This document shows positions 14,701 through 28,100 of a stretch of DNA of 64,000 bases, piece after piece. Location of the stretch: the NCBI GenBank assembly GCA_046563655.1, contig CM102290.1, forward strand, positions 868,001-932,000, written 5' to 3'. The notes below the pieces were generated by a model. That model saw nothing but the letters and a program-made list of their open reading frames with translations. It had not been told where the DNA came from and ran no database searches. The position numbers and the translations under genes were made by a program. Position 1 is the stretch's first letter, and every line of letters begins with the position of its first letter. The stretch is from Yuukianura sp. NJ FZ-2021 (lineage: Eukaryota).

Positions 14701-15636
14701 CAATTCCAGACTCAATTTCCATCCAGGCCTCCTCTCCCTGCTGAGCAACAGTCAAAGGCACCATTCCATTCTGGAACTTCTAACCGATTTCCAGTACCAC
14801 CTACGTTTCAAGCCCAAGGTTCCAGAGCTCCTGGAATTTCAGGTTCCAGAGGAATTCCTGGCTTCATGGAACAAGGGGGCCGCATTCATCCAGTCACAAT
14901 TCATACCCAAGTGATGACTCCGGTAGAGGCTAATTCACGACCAGCCGAAGGAAGACCTGTGGCCAATTCGCCTCTTAACATTCGACCACATAATGTTCCA
15001 GGACCATTCAGACCGCCCGTAGGTCTTCCAGCTCAGCATCCTTCAGCTCAAGGTCACGTTGTTACGCAGTACAGCTCCAATCAGTTCAACCCCTACGGAC
15101 ATTTAGGAGCTCCAATTCAGTTTCACACCAAAACATCTCCACAATACGTCAAAGAATTTCATCAGCATCATTCCATTGCTCAAGAAATTTTAAATAAACT
15201 TCAAAATTCAGTTCGAACTTCAAGATCTGCCAATTTAACAGATGAAGAGATTGCGTCTCTTCTTAAACTAAGTTCTGAAAACGCATCTTCCACACCTTTG
15301 GATCCAAATTCGGAACAAATACTTAAGGATCTCAAGATTCTGAGTCCACTTATTCAAGAATTGCAATTGGAAGGAAATTCAACTGAAAAATCAAGAATGG
15401 AGCCGGTTGGGCTAGAAACGGACCAAAAGAAAGTTGCAGATGAATCGCCATCTTCCCCGCTTCATGACGTTGTCAAGGACGCAGAAGCGCTGGGGCAAAA
15501 CGAATCAGGAAAGTTTAGGGCTCCGGAAGCGATTCAGCGCGGTTTCATCCCTATTCTGCCTTACAGTGAAAAGGATCCGGGTCTAACTGTGGTCAACCTC
15601 AATTCTAATACAAGAGCTTCCCCCACTCTCCGTTGA
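5756..15636 (+). CDS. Giant secreted mucin-like protein (~2,864 aa) with an N-terminal clip-like 6-Cys domain and a Ser/Thr/Pro-rich repetitive tail
   Basis: Exons 5756-5992 (hydrophobic LASVLFCLLYVVNG, then CPCLPMDEC..PC..VRCC), 7205-7303 and 7378-15636 all join in phase 0 with GT-AG sites. The last exon is an 8.26-kb uninterrupted ORF. Confidence 0.85.
7066..7096 (+). repeat. Short intronic tandem repeat (TTACAG)n
   Basis: ctgttacagattacagttacagttacagatt. Confidence 0.6.
8220..9960 (+). repeat. Degenerate coding tandem repeat, ~20-25 aa unit with an (E/K/G/D)FSAxSGxG core, roughly 20 copies
   Basis: Recurring peptides KFSANSGSG, GFSATLGSG, DFSAVSGAG, GFSAISGAG, EFSAISRGG, GFSAISGDG. The DNA motif ttttcagcaatttc and variants recur. 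Confidence 0.85.
11026..12870 (+). repeat. Second degenerate coding repeat, TTT(S)AP-[R/K-rich or Y-rich] units, about 15 copies
   Basis: TTTTSAPRRK, TTTRAPRRR, PTTSAPMQQY, TTTTHAPRRR, PTTSAPVHEY, TTQVPRRK, TTTTAPLFE, PTTSAPTQDY and similar. Confidence 0.75.
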
Positions 15637-16831
15637 TATTTAAGGTCTCAGCGGCCATGAAAACATCACTAATTTCACCCAACTAAATTAAACCTAGACG
15701 TGTTAATTTAAATTACAATTTTTGCCTTCCCTTTGACATATTTTTAGCTTTTTCTTCTTTCATTTTAGTAATTATTGCCCTTTGTTGTATGGAACTTTGT
15801 TTATTATATAGCGAAGCTATTATTAAAAATATAAATTGCCAACAAGTTATGAAATACCACCCACGTAAAAATGTTTCGTTATGCTCGTGTTCGAGAGGCT
15901 TTAATAATGCTGCTTCAGGGAAAGGCTTTGAGACTAGTTTTCTGTATTTTAGTTTCAAACAACGGTTTTGCAAAAAGTTTCAAGGAAGTTGCTGATTATG
16001 CAAACACAAAAGGCGTGTAATATTAACCGCTGAAAGTTCTTCCTATCGAGACTGAATGACGTGATGCTGAACTATTTTAGTTGTTTTTCTAACTAAATTA
16101 TTCTTTCTGCACAAGCTAAATCAAATTGAATAAGTTGTGCACAAGGTAGAAATTAATTAACTAGCTCAATTGAATTCTCCTCTTTTCAAACAATGTTAAC
16201 AGTTAAACCATAATTTCCTATTATAGAAAAAGTACAAAGCAACAACCACTGAGGTTAAAATTAGAAAACTGGGAAGCAAGCGAATAGTGAAAAAGTTGCA
16301 CTTTCGTTATGAAAGACGACGACGAGAATAAGTGAAAGTTTTAATGTTTCCTACTTACTCTACACTTGTATTCGTTTTGTTGAAAACGAATTCTCTCTTT
16401 ATGGTGTTCAACATCAAAACGTAAAAATGCATATAAGAAAAGGGAAAAAAGAGAAAGTTTGATGTTACAGTTGCTTGGAATTCCATATGACAGTCGGTTT
16501 TCTAATGATGCCTCGTGGGAATTTTTGAAATTTCAGCTTATCCCTAAGGTTTTCACTCCCATAAATTTTAGAGAAAGTAAACTTTTCCTTTCCGCAGTTG
16601 AAAAGTTTTATTACAAAAATTATGTTTACATTGTGCTGAAAACTTTAAGGTTCCAACTTCCAAAGACAACTTTGATTTAGAATCACTTTTAACTACTTTT
16701 ACCACAATCGTCACTCGGTGGCTTTGTTTTTCCTTGATCTAATTGCAAATGAAAACTTGTAAACTTCTAAACTTGAGCCAAAACGAAAGTTTAAAGTTCC
16801 AACGTGTTTAAATCCTTTTGGAGCCAATTTT

Positions 16832-17732
16832 TTAAAAGTTCACTTGAAATGTTAAAGGAAAAGGATTTTGTGATTCAGCATCTTGTTTGTCAGTTTTTTC
16901 ATGTAATAGAAGATCGTTCTGTCCTTGTGACACTGGAGCGTCATCAACGATGAGGTTGGCTTCCACGTTGGAGTTGACCTCTGAAAATGGAATTTAAATG
17001 TATCAATCAAATCAAACTTAACCAAAACTGGCACACAAATCGTTACCTATGTTAACGAATGTAGACACTTCCTTACTATTTTCCAAAGGAGATTCCATAA
17101 CCAAGTCATCCTGCTGTGGTTCTGGTTTGTTGGGCTCATTCGGATAAATTCGAAAAAACCGGTAGGGCACTGTTGTCGTTTCGGTAATGGTCACTTTGTC
17201 GTCGTAGTAAATAATCACCGGCGATTCAACATCCTCCCATCCAAACTTCGAAGCACCCGCAGGTATGTCAATCACTTTAGTTCGGAAATTGGTGCCAACT
17301 TCAAACGACGACTGTTTGTTTTCAGACGACGGATCATCCAAAGCTCCACTACCATCTCCTTCACCATCGCTGTCCAAACCGTAGTCATCATCATCTTCTT
17401 CTGATTGATAGTATGGCATTTCTCCTGGTTCCGGTTTTGAATATGTCAATTTCAAAGCATTCCTTGCGCGACCTAACAATGCGTGACGCTGAGTCTCACC
17501 TATAATTTGGGTTTATGTTCATATTAAAACAATCGTTTTGCAAAACTTAGAAGTACTCTGAGCAAATTTTACAAGAAATGTTGAATTTCGTTTGATTTCA
17601 ATTTGGTCTTTTTGAAAAACAATGGTTCTAACTTAAGCTTTTAGAAAATGTTTGTAATATATTGTACTTACCGTACAAGTTAAAAAGACTTACAACTTGA
17701 ATCACAACCAAAAACCACAGAATTGTATTCAT
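16832..17732 (-). CDS. Small secreted acidic protein of unknown function (~220 aa)
   Basis: Exons 17732-17672 (signal-like MNTILWFLVVIQVVSLFNLYG), 17499-17047 and 16980-16832 splice in frame. Contains the acidic tract EEDDDDYGLDSDGEGDGSG. Confidence 0.75.
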
Positions 17733-20206
17733 ACAAAATTGCATCATTGAATTTGATTCTTTACTGAATTGTTTCCAAAAACCAAACTTTTGCAACAAAT
17801 TATGGGAAAAAAGGCACAGATACGAATAATGTTCACAAATTTTGTAGGTTCCTTCCTACTGGACAACTTAATTGAGAATGAACTCGGAAGGTTTCTTGGC
17901 AGAACAATTAACTTGGTTTGTATTATCAAATAAGAAAATGCGGACTCTGCATAATATTGTCCACTGACTTTCCATGGAACATTTTCCAATTCCAACCCTC
18001 CCATTTTAAAACAAAAGAAATTGCAAGGTTAGCAATAAGGACTTGTTCGGAGATGTTTCCTAAAGAAGTCGCCTTCTTCCCCTTGCATCAACGTGGGAAC
18101 CGAAATCGTTGGACACGCTGAAAATGTCCTTGGACATTGGATAACCTAAGGACCCATGGAACAAATTTTTAAAAGCGTTTGTGCTTTCATGTACAATTAC
18201 AAACGACAGTGGTGATCCTCTACTACCAAATTCATTTCAGTACAAGCGCACGAAAGTAGCCACTAAAGTAACAACTTGAACAGTTGGACTTGGACACTAC
18301 AAATTCCAAGCAGGACGCTTGTTTTTTGGGATTCCACTTTATAACTATGTTCTTTTTTATTAGGTTAAACGATATCAACTTTTGAATCGGATGATTTTGA
18401 ACATAATTTTTGAAAAATACACCTAAAGTGAAGAAAGGCAAAACAACATGGACAGCGTAATGTAATGATGCATACGAAATAGCATGTTTTTTGTCCAATT
18501 TAAGCTGAAACGTGATCTTATGCTTGGCAATAAAACACTGCTTCCCAAGCGGAACAAAAATTCATGGAAGCTGAAATCGATTTAATGGTTTGACGACAGA
18601 GCATTTCCTTGATGTCGCAGCGATATTCTTTCAAACTCTTCTAGTATTCAATTTTCAAACTTTGAAATTGGAATCTTCTGAAATGGTCTATGGGTTTAGT
18701 TCTGTAAAATTTCACTGTATCAAATGAATGAGGCCATTTCGACGCCCAATTAACACAGTCTATTCTTCTATTATAAGAATCAGTTCCGAGAAGAATCTCG
18801 AAAGGAATCTGGGACCGAGAAACTAACAGTATATAAACAATTCACAAGAATTTTTGGGCTTTGCAAAAACATCATATTACAACGATAAACAGTAAGCAAT
18901 CGCCTACACAAACCGCTACTCACTTCTACTACTTTCTAGCTACAAGGAAAAACTTAATGTTCTTTTTAAAGTTAAAAGTGATAATTTTTGTTGTAATGAT
19001 TTAAAATTTTAATACAACATTTTGAGAAAAATGTTGGAGTAAGCAGGAAGAAAATGTTTTGATGTGAATAAACAAGTTGCGTTGAAAAATTCAAAGGTTT
19101 GTTTAGCTTTTTCAAAAAAAAAAGTGTTTCCAAGAAGAATCCAAAACCTGACAGTTGCTTTTTAGCTTAACTTCGGCTTTGGAAACGCAACAGCGGTTAA
19201 CTACAGAAATACAGAAAACTTGAAAATCAATATGTTGTCGAAAAACTATAAAAAAAAAACAGCATTAATGGATGCTTTGTTTTAAAACTAAAAAAAAGGA
19301 AGTAAACACGTCATTGTGTATGGATCGTTTCTTTAAAGAATCAGTCTTGAGACTTTCTCCGTATGGAATAAAGGTAAAGTTCCATTAGCATTACATCAGC
19401 GGCTCTAAAACTGTACCTTTTGATTTGATGTTATGTCAGGCTTTTCGTTTAGTTGTAAAACTTCAACGTCCTGACACAGAGCCAAAGAAAGAGATTGATC
19501 GGAACTGTTTAGTGAAGCCACGAGCAGAAACAATTCACTTGAAGAGAAAATTGGAAGTTCCAGTGAATTTAGGTGGAGATGCAACTGATTCTGTCTAACT
19601 TTTTTTTACCATAAATAAAACCAATTGCGACGGAAGACTCATTTTCTGTGAATTGTTACCTAATTTTTCGTACATTCTGGATACACAATGGATACGTGGA
19701 TTTATGTGATATTTATCCGTTCTACTGAAATAAACATATTATAAAAGTGAAGGATTACAAGAGAGAAGTTAGTATTAACATCGAAACGAAACGGTCATGT
19801 TCGAAAAACGCTTTTTCGAAAACGAAAAAATTTGAAGAACTGCTACTGATAAACGGTTGTAAACCGGCGTACATAAGTAGCGAAAGGCGACGTTTTATTA
19901 GGGAACGGATGCTTTTTTCTGCAAACCATCATGAATCAGAATGCACCATAGTTGTAAACCGTAACACAAAAAAATTTGACCTCTGACCCAGAAAAAGTTG
20001 AGCCACAAGGACGATATTTAACAGTAAACATTCCGGGCCACAATTAGGTGCTTAGTAGTAAAATTAGAGAAGATGTTGAACCGTTTCTGAGAGAAAAAAA
20101 GAAGTTTTGTTGTATGTTTCTGGTAACTGCGCATGTGCAAATCGACTCGAAAATTTTCTGAGTTTGAAAATTCAGCGCGAATTTCAAATAAATAGGTTAT
20201 TCCTGC

Positions 20207-20275
20207 GACTTAGCAAGATTTCATCAAGCAGAAATTTTAGGTGTTTCTCAGACTTAGCAAGATTTCATCAAGCAG
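20207..20275 (+). repeat. 25-bp direct duplication
   Basis: gacttagcaagatttcatcaagcag occurs at 20207-20231 and at 20251-20275. Confidence 0.8.
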
Positions 20276-20374
20276 TTTAAATAAAACATTATATAATAAT
20301 TAAATTAACTATTTATACCGCTTTTGCTAATTGGTGTTGTTATTAGAACGTGCTTTAGCACGATTTGTTGTTGC

Positions 20375-20534
20375 TTTTGTATTTTTTTTTGTTTCTTCCC
20401 TCTGATTATTTTCAAATTATTCATACCCCGCGGGCAAAGCTCCGCCCGTTTGGATTCATCTATTTCCTCCATTTCTTCCACTGGATATCCAGCCGTAGAT
20501 GAAATGTCGAAAAAGTGGATATCCAGCAACACAG
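20375..20534 (-). mobile_element. Partial copy of MITE family A (hAT-like end)
   Basis: About 160 bp resemble the reverse complement of 41829-41990, sharing ccactggatatccag.cgt.gatgaaatgtcgaaaaagt.gatatccagcaacac. Confidence 0.7.
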
Positions 20535-22141
20535 ATAAGACCCTTAATAAATTTTCACAGACAGATAGGTTCGGAGAAAAACATAAAGTAGCTCATACTT
20601 TCGCTACTTAATAAACCAAAAATAAAGTTTAGTGCGTGACTTAAAGTTTCTTTTAAAAAGATTGCCTATCAGTTTGAACTAACGTTGTTTTAAATGAAAC
20701 GACTCAAAAGAAGAAAACCAAAGTCTGGCTTCAATCACTTATGTGAAGCAAAGTAAATATTCGTTTGGCCTTGAAATTTCCCGTTGCAAATGCCGAATTC
20801 CTTGAGTTCAAAATGCAACATTTCTCAAGCCGGGAACTCTAGTTTTCAAAATCAAACATTCCTTGTGAAGACTAAGAAGACTAATGCCTTTGTATTGAAA
20901 TTTCAAAAATGTAGAAACCATTCTACTGCATTCTTGGCGTTACAAATTGCTAGAAAAATTTCACGTTTGTCACGTTTGCGAAATTTTTGAAAAAAAAAGA
21001 GACAGGAAAAACTTTCACTTTAGTTTCCAAAAAAGACTTGAAAATGAATGAATTCCGATATCAAACGACGCATAGCTAATTTTCGACTGTTTGCCGTTAC
21101 TTCTGTCTGGGAATAGCAAACGATAGCGACTCTATCCTGCTTTGTGTCAGTGTTGCGTAGTAATGGTTATGTGAAAATAAACGACATCCGTAGCGTTTCC
21201 AAAAATCCATTCCAAACTGAAAAATTCCTCAACGAAAGCTTTGAGAACGATCAATTTATTTTATTTTTCAAATTTAGAACCACAAAACAAAAGTAGAACT
21301 CTGTGGCCCCATTTAAAAGAATTTAAACGGTTGGCTCCTTATTATTTTTAGGCTTAAAACTGTAATAGTCGCACCACTTTACCGAACTCTGCTCCATTTC
21401 CTGGATTCCCTTCCAAAGTCAACGGAGTTGCTTGTGGTGACTTGTGATGATACTTTGTGATTGATTGAAATATTAAAATATTTCTATAAAAATGTAGTAA
21501 AATATTACAATGCGTCTGGTGTTTTAAGTACTACGCCATCAATTGTCTTTTTATTCCCAGAATCCCAATAATAACAGTAACTCTCCCTCGATCTATAACT
21601 TTTCTGATGTCATATCAAAGGAACGTAACTAGACAAATGCAATTTACTGTGTCAATACGTTTATTTTGTAAACTACTGCAGGCTTTTCACATTTCAAATA
21701 AAGTTCTAGCAATTGAGGAAATGGTTCCAATTATCCGTGACATTTGACCTCTAGGTATTGATGTTACCTCAACACCCAGCATGTCGCCTGGAGAAAATTG
21801 TCTGGAGTACAAATACTCGTCGATCCGTATAACATACGACGGAAAACTGTTGATTCCAATTGAAACCTTGTCTGCAGGCAAATTTTTTTTGTAGGAAGGT
21901 GGAGTTCTTCAGTAGTACAACGTAAGGTAAACTTCGTTTTCGGGGTTTGGGTGCTAAAAGACGGGAATTCTACCCGGGTTTTTCTCAGTCTCACTTTAGA
22001 AGTTCTGGAGTAGGGACAAGGAGGTGGTGTTTGGGTCTAACGTAGAGAACGGCGCTTCATACGATCAACTACTGGCTTTCAAATCCTGATTTTGTCAAGG
22101 AACAAGTATAGAGCCATATTGGATGACTTTTGAAGATTTCC

Positions 22142-22175
22142 AAAGTACTAAAAGTACCAAAAGTACTAAAAGTAG
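22142..22175 (+). repeat. 10-bp tandem repeat, about 3 copies
   Basis: aaagtactaaaagtaccaaaagtactaaaagtag. Confidence 0.6.
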
Positions 22176-25100
22176 GTGAGGAACTCATTAGAACGTCATT
22201 AGTCGAGTCCTGGCTGAGCCAATCCAACGGAACGCAAATAACAAGTTTACTTCTAATAAATACCTAGCTTTGTTCACTTTCTGGACTGATTTAATAAGTT
22301 TACACGTTAATTGCAAAGTATGGTTCCATCTACAAGTTTTCAATCGATCTCCACTTTTGACTCAGCTTCTTGCAAACGAATTTTTTGAAAAATTTCCATC
22401 AGTTTCAACAATGATTTCCAACGGGTGAGTTGCTACAAATGTTTTTGTCTTAAAGTTTGTGCCAGTAATTTTATACACATCAAAGTGTAAGAATTCTTTT
22501 TATAATTTTTTTTTAAATTAAGCCTTGTCAAATAAGAAATTTGAGTTGATCGACTTAGAAAAAATGTGGAAGTTTGGTTGGAATTGTTTGAGTGCGTGCT
22601 ATTTTGGGCAGTTGGAACATGATGTCAGAGAAGCTGAAGATTAATTTATAGAATTTGTTTATGAATTTTATGGATCCATCATTTGGATTTAGAAGCCAAG
22701 AATTATGGAACGCAAGAACATTGATGCTCGCTCCTTAAGTTAACTCTTACAATAATTTTCCTTGTGAACTAAAGTGAAAGTCTTGAAAGAGAGAAGTAGT
22801 TAAGCTATGCATAAAAAATTTATGGCTCCTATTTTCCATTCGGATGAATCATATAGTATAACTGCGAAAGTTATATTGCCTGCAATTCATAATTCTAGAA
22901 TTCCCCGTACGCATCGAACTTATAAACACTAAATAATTTGCAAAATTGAAAAAAAAAATTTTTTTAAAACAGTAAAATGTAATATAATATAAGTTTCTCA
23001 GATGAAAACTAGATTTTCTATTGTAACTCGATAAGATATGAGGCCATATTATTGTTTGATGAGGGATTCTAAAAAAGGCTAGGACCCATTAAGTTTTACA
23101 GCAACGACGCTCAAATTGCAATTCTGAGTGACAGTGAACTTGACCTTTGACATTGAACTCGACCTCTGATTTTTTACACTTATCGACCTACTGTAGACTT
23201 TTACTTTCGCCATAAAAATTATGACACCACAAGACACAGAAAGACATTTTGAAAAAACACCTTTTAGCAAACATTCTGGAATTTTTCAAAGTTCTCCTAC
23301 AGACATGTTGACACAATGGAAAATTAATTTTTCTTCTCACCTAATACTATGTGTTCTTAGTCATAAAATGTGTCAAAAAAGTTTTCGCGTTCACATTGAC
23401 ATGCCCTTAACCTCAACACAAGGTGACCTCTGAAGTATCTGACATTATAGACTTAACTAGAAGTTGGCAGTAATTTTGTTCCACTTATTTCCAAACTGCA
23501 AATTATTCACTTCTATTTCCCTACTGCGTAAATGGTCTAGATACTTCTGTAATTGGTCCAATTACTCAAGATGTCAACTCGGAAGTCTCCCGCATTTTCA
23601 CTTGAACAAAGTGCAAAAAAGAAGTTCTCTCTCTTTTTTTTTTGAAGAGTGTACTAACATTTCAGAAAGTGAAAATTTAGCGTTACAACCCAAGTACTCC
23701 CGAATTCAAGTTCAGAATAACGACTTCCTGCTAAAAGACTGCTGCTGGAAGAATGCGGATTTCTCAAAGGAAGTCGGTTTTTTTTAAAGTCTTCTTTTTT
23801 TTTGTCCTTGGAAAGTAACGCGGCCATTTTGGTTTACGAGTGTTCTCAATCCACGAGGCGTTGCATTATGCATGGGTGACAGAGTCAAGGTCTTCTCCAA
23901 TTATTCCATCTGACCAAACTTCGTTCCTTGTGGGCCACTTCCATTTAGATAATAGAAACTACTAGAAGAGTTTGGAAAAACGTCGCACTACTTCGGTTCG
24001 ATAGCTCACTATGTTTACTTTTCAAAAGCAATTCCAAGTTGTTTATTTTTTAAAAATTCTAACCGCTCAAATTCCAGTTCTCGCTAAATTAACTATGACT
24101 GTTCCTTTTTTTTTTGCATGAGCAAAAAATGTTTGAAATCGGAATTATTGCTTTTGTGAACAACCTCTCTGGAATCAGTAACCTAAAGCCAAGCTAACCC
24201 ACAAAGCAGATCTTTCGGACAGGCAAGAATGAGTTACAACTTTGAAAAACCGCCTTTGAGAGCGTTTAATTTCCTGTGGAGAAAGTTATAGAAAAGTTTT
24301 AGTTAAGCTGCAGTCGGAATTAATGGCGCCACCACATTGAATAGGTTTATTACGATTTCCCACTAAAGGCAAAATGTTGCCAATAGAAATCAGCCAGTTT
24401 CCCAATTAGTACAACCAAAATCCGACTTCGGGTTTGTCCATTCTATTGAACAGCATCCTCCTCCCAACAGGTCCACCGCCTCCTAAAGGTTTCTATTTAA
24501 TTAAACGATTAGTTCCAGCTTTCCAAACTTTCTGCACCAATCCGATTAGCTACTGTTGTAGTTTAAGTTCTTCCTAAATTCATGATTGGCTGGCGCTCTG
24601 TCGATTACTTCCATTCATTCCCAAAGTTTTCTTTACAAAATTCGGTACTTTGATGGCAAATAACATGATTATTTCCGCAGTTACGCTTCCAATTAGTATT
24701 GAGTTTTATATTGGTAGTATTAAATTCTTTTCTTTTTCTTGTTTCTAATTGTAGTCAATTCTTCTGACGTAGCTTTTTGAGAGAATCAACTTTGAAATTA
24801 TCAAAAATGATGGCGGCTCTTAAGTCCATTTTTTGTTTCATCTTTCAGATTCTGGAACAGATTGATAGGTTTTCAAAAGCTTCCAAAAGTTTGAACAGAA
24901 TCGTTGAGTGTAAAATTAATTTATAATCACATAATCGTAAAAGGAAAAAAATTTTGGATACAAATCTTAACTATCCGATACCTGTCGCTAGAAAATATAA
25001 TGAAAATATAAATTGAAAACTTTGGTTTTTTTGATCCTGATGGTTTGTAATAAAAGTTTAATTGCTTGGATTTAATGTTTCAGGGAAGGACAATTCAAAC

Positions 25101-28100
25101 TAACTTATTGTTTTTAGTTTTAATTTAGTTTCTACAACCAATACGGTTGCTTGTTTTTCTAAAATTGTGTATGGAAGGATCCGGAAGTTCACTTTAAATG
25201 ACCCACTTTGAGTCCATTTTCAGTCCATTTGAACGCGGAAATGGTTTAAGTGACTTGCAACAACTTTCCTTTGGCTTGCCTAATGGCTAATGTCAATGCG
25301 TGTCAGTTTTCTCCTCCGGCGTTTCGGTTAGGTGCTTTCACTGCAACTAAAACTCCATTTAGCAACCTAAGTGTCTTTATTTTTGTGTTCATGAATTGAT
25401 ATTAAGAAGTTGATAAATTATTATTGCGGAATCCACTTTTGTTATAATTCAAAAGAAGAAAAAAGAACTGACGATGAGAATATAAATGTTGCAATAATGC
25501 ACCCCAAGAAGAATGCAGTACAAATCGTAAATAATAACCGTTTCGGTTTCAGAGTACTATGAAGCACTTTCGGTGTTTTTGTCCGACTAAAACGCGCGGA
25601 AAACAAAAAAAAATATTTTTCTCGAAAAGTTTGAAATCTTTTTTCAAAATTGTCGGCAGAGTGGAAAATTTTTATCAAATTACTTTCGAACTTTTTTTTT
25701 GTTTTAGATAACTAGCTAGTTCCTTTATTACTTAATATTAAGTACTAATCGGCTTTGTTTTGTATGGTCTAAAGTGGTTGTGGTTAACTTTCACTTACTT
25801 AGCATGATGATAATATTCTTCTAAAGCTCTTTAACACCACAAAGATCTGAGAATAAGAGTCACTTTCTTCCCCTCTTTGAAAACGAATTCTGCACTCAAC
25901 TTTTGGGCGAAATTGCTATGAACTCAAAGAGATTGTTAGGTGCTGTGCAACAGGGATTAAATGTAAACAGAGATCTTACGTTAGTTAAAAACGGACACTT
26001 TAACAAGGGGGAAACAATTTTTGAGTGGAAATTAATTTACGTCACACCGAGTCTTTCCCGCTAACAACTCTAAGAAGTATTTTTATTTCGCTGCCATCAA
26101 GCATATGACCAAGGTCATTTGAAAACTTCAAAAAACCTGGCATAAAAACCTTAAATAAAGTCAGATTCTCCCAATCACTTTAGAAAGTCAAAACTTAATG
26201 TAACGCCAAAAAAATACATTTCCGAGTACTTTTATTTTGAGAAGCAAAATTCAAGCAAGATAGGGCAAGATACTATAGTAGAGAAGCAAAACAAAAAAAA
26301 ATGTGAAAGTGGTGAGGTGGAAGTAAAATAAGAATTCAAAAATCATGGTGAAAAAGGATCAGAAAAGCAGGAGTAATCTTCACTTGAATGGGTATGAAAA
26401 TGGAAAAAGTCTTACTTCGAAACTTCGGTTAGCAACACACTCTTACAACTGGTCTTGACCTTGGCAAATACGAAATGACAAAGTTTCGTTGAAAAAAGAG
26501 AGGAAAAAGGAATGAGATGTTCTACAATTTCAGATTGTTAGAAGACGAGTGAAAAAGTGGTTTAAGAAAAGTTCTAAGGTTCATTTTTTTTTCTCTCAAG
26601 TTCGGAAATTAGAAACTCAAAACTTTTCTCATCTCTTTTTTAACCACGAGTTTGTGCTACAAATTTTTTTTTTGTTAGAGTTTGACTTTTAGCATTTCCG
26701 TTTCAAGCTCTATCTTGGTCATCTAAATTTTATAACAAGATGGTATTTATAGGTAAAAGCGACGACGGATTCTGACAACCAGAAAACAAAAGGCTCTTCC
26801 TCTTAAATCTAAAAGGGTTTAAAAAATCTTCAAAAGAGTTCGTTGCATTAGTGCAAGTCTCTTCATGATAGAAAAAGTTTACTTAAGGTTTCCAAAAACG
26901 TATAAAATAAACATCGTTCCTTTTTGCTTGTCCTGGGTAGGCTTAACCTGGAAAAATGAAGTTTTTTTTTTTGTCGTTTCACGGAAAGTGGGCGTGGGAT
27001 AATTGAAATTTAAAAGTTAGTTTTTTGCGTTGGGGAAATTTGCACTTAAGCTTTCAAAACTAAAAAACATCCATTTTTTCTAAATTCTTCAAATCAAAGT
27101 TCTGTTGAGCAACTTTCCTGTGAAGTCTAATATTTTGAAACAGTTTGGTTTTCTAGACTAGTAAACCATGAAATCCCGATATCATCCAAACTTTTGCACT
27201 GTTGTTAAGTTTAAACAGAACAGAAAAAAGTTTTGTTAAAATTTTTTAAAGTTTCAAAATGCTAAAACTACTGTTACAGTTGTGAGACATAGTCAACAGC
27301 ACTATAACAAGTCTCACGAATTGAAAAAAAGGACTCCCGTTTTGCAATTTTGTGTCAAAATAGAACTGTTTGAATGGAGTTTGCAAATTTGAATTTCCTT
27401 AATTTTTTTTTTCCAAAAAACTTTGGCCTAGGAAGAACAAGAGGGAAAGTTTTTAGGACGAAGAGAGAAGTTAATGGAATGAAGCGCCGACCGACTGAAT
27501 ACGATTCAAAAATAAAATACTGTGGCCTCATCCTCAGTCTTTTTTCTCTTAAAATTGCAGTTTTTCTAAACTTTTCTCTTCAAACCTCTCGATGTTTTAA
27601 AACACGACTGAGTTTGAATAGAGATTATTAAAGTTTTTTTCTGAAAATGAAAGTGTCTCATTTAATGGTTGGAGGGCAGAAAAAGAGAAAGATGTGGGCG
27701 GGTACAGGTAGGCGGAATACATTCTACACATTTTCTAGATGAACATCATGTTTCCGCTTAAACTTTTTCATTTTTCTGTTCAATTCAATTTTAAACTTTC
27801 CCCAGCCAAGATAATGGATTCCAACGCCTTTATTAATTCGTAACACCTTTGCATTATTAACCTTTCAAAGCGAATTCTTCTAAGAAAATAGAATATTAAA
27901 GTGGCATGCTACGAACTATTTTATACTGAACTTATATACTTAAAGTAATATTTTTCCTATCGTTTTTACCTTTTGTATCAAAATTACCTTGGTTGTAGTC
28001 GTAGAAACACTTTGATAGCTTTCCTTTTGTGACAAAAATATATTTTCTGCTGCAAAACAACTAGATGACCCATTTATGATTAGTAGTTTTACCTTGTAAA

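Noticed and set aside
7403..14914. Many short alternative-frame and antisense ORFs inside the giant exon
   Set aside because: Shadow ORFs expected from biased codon use in a low-complexity CDS.
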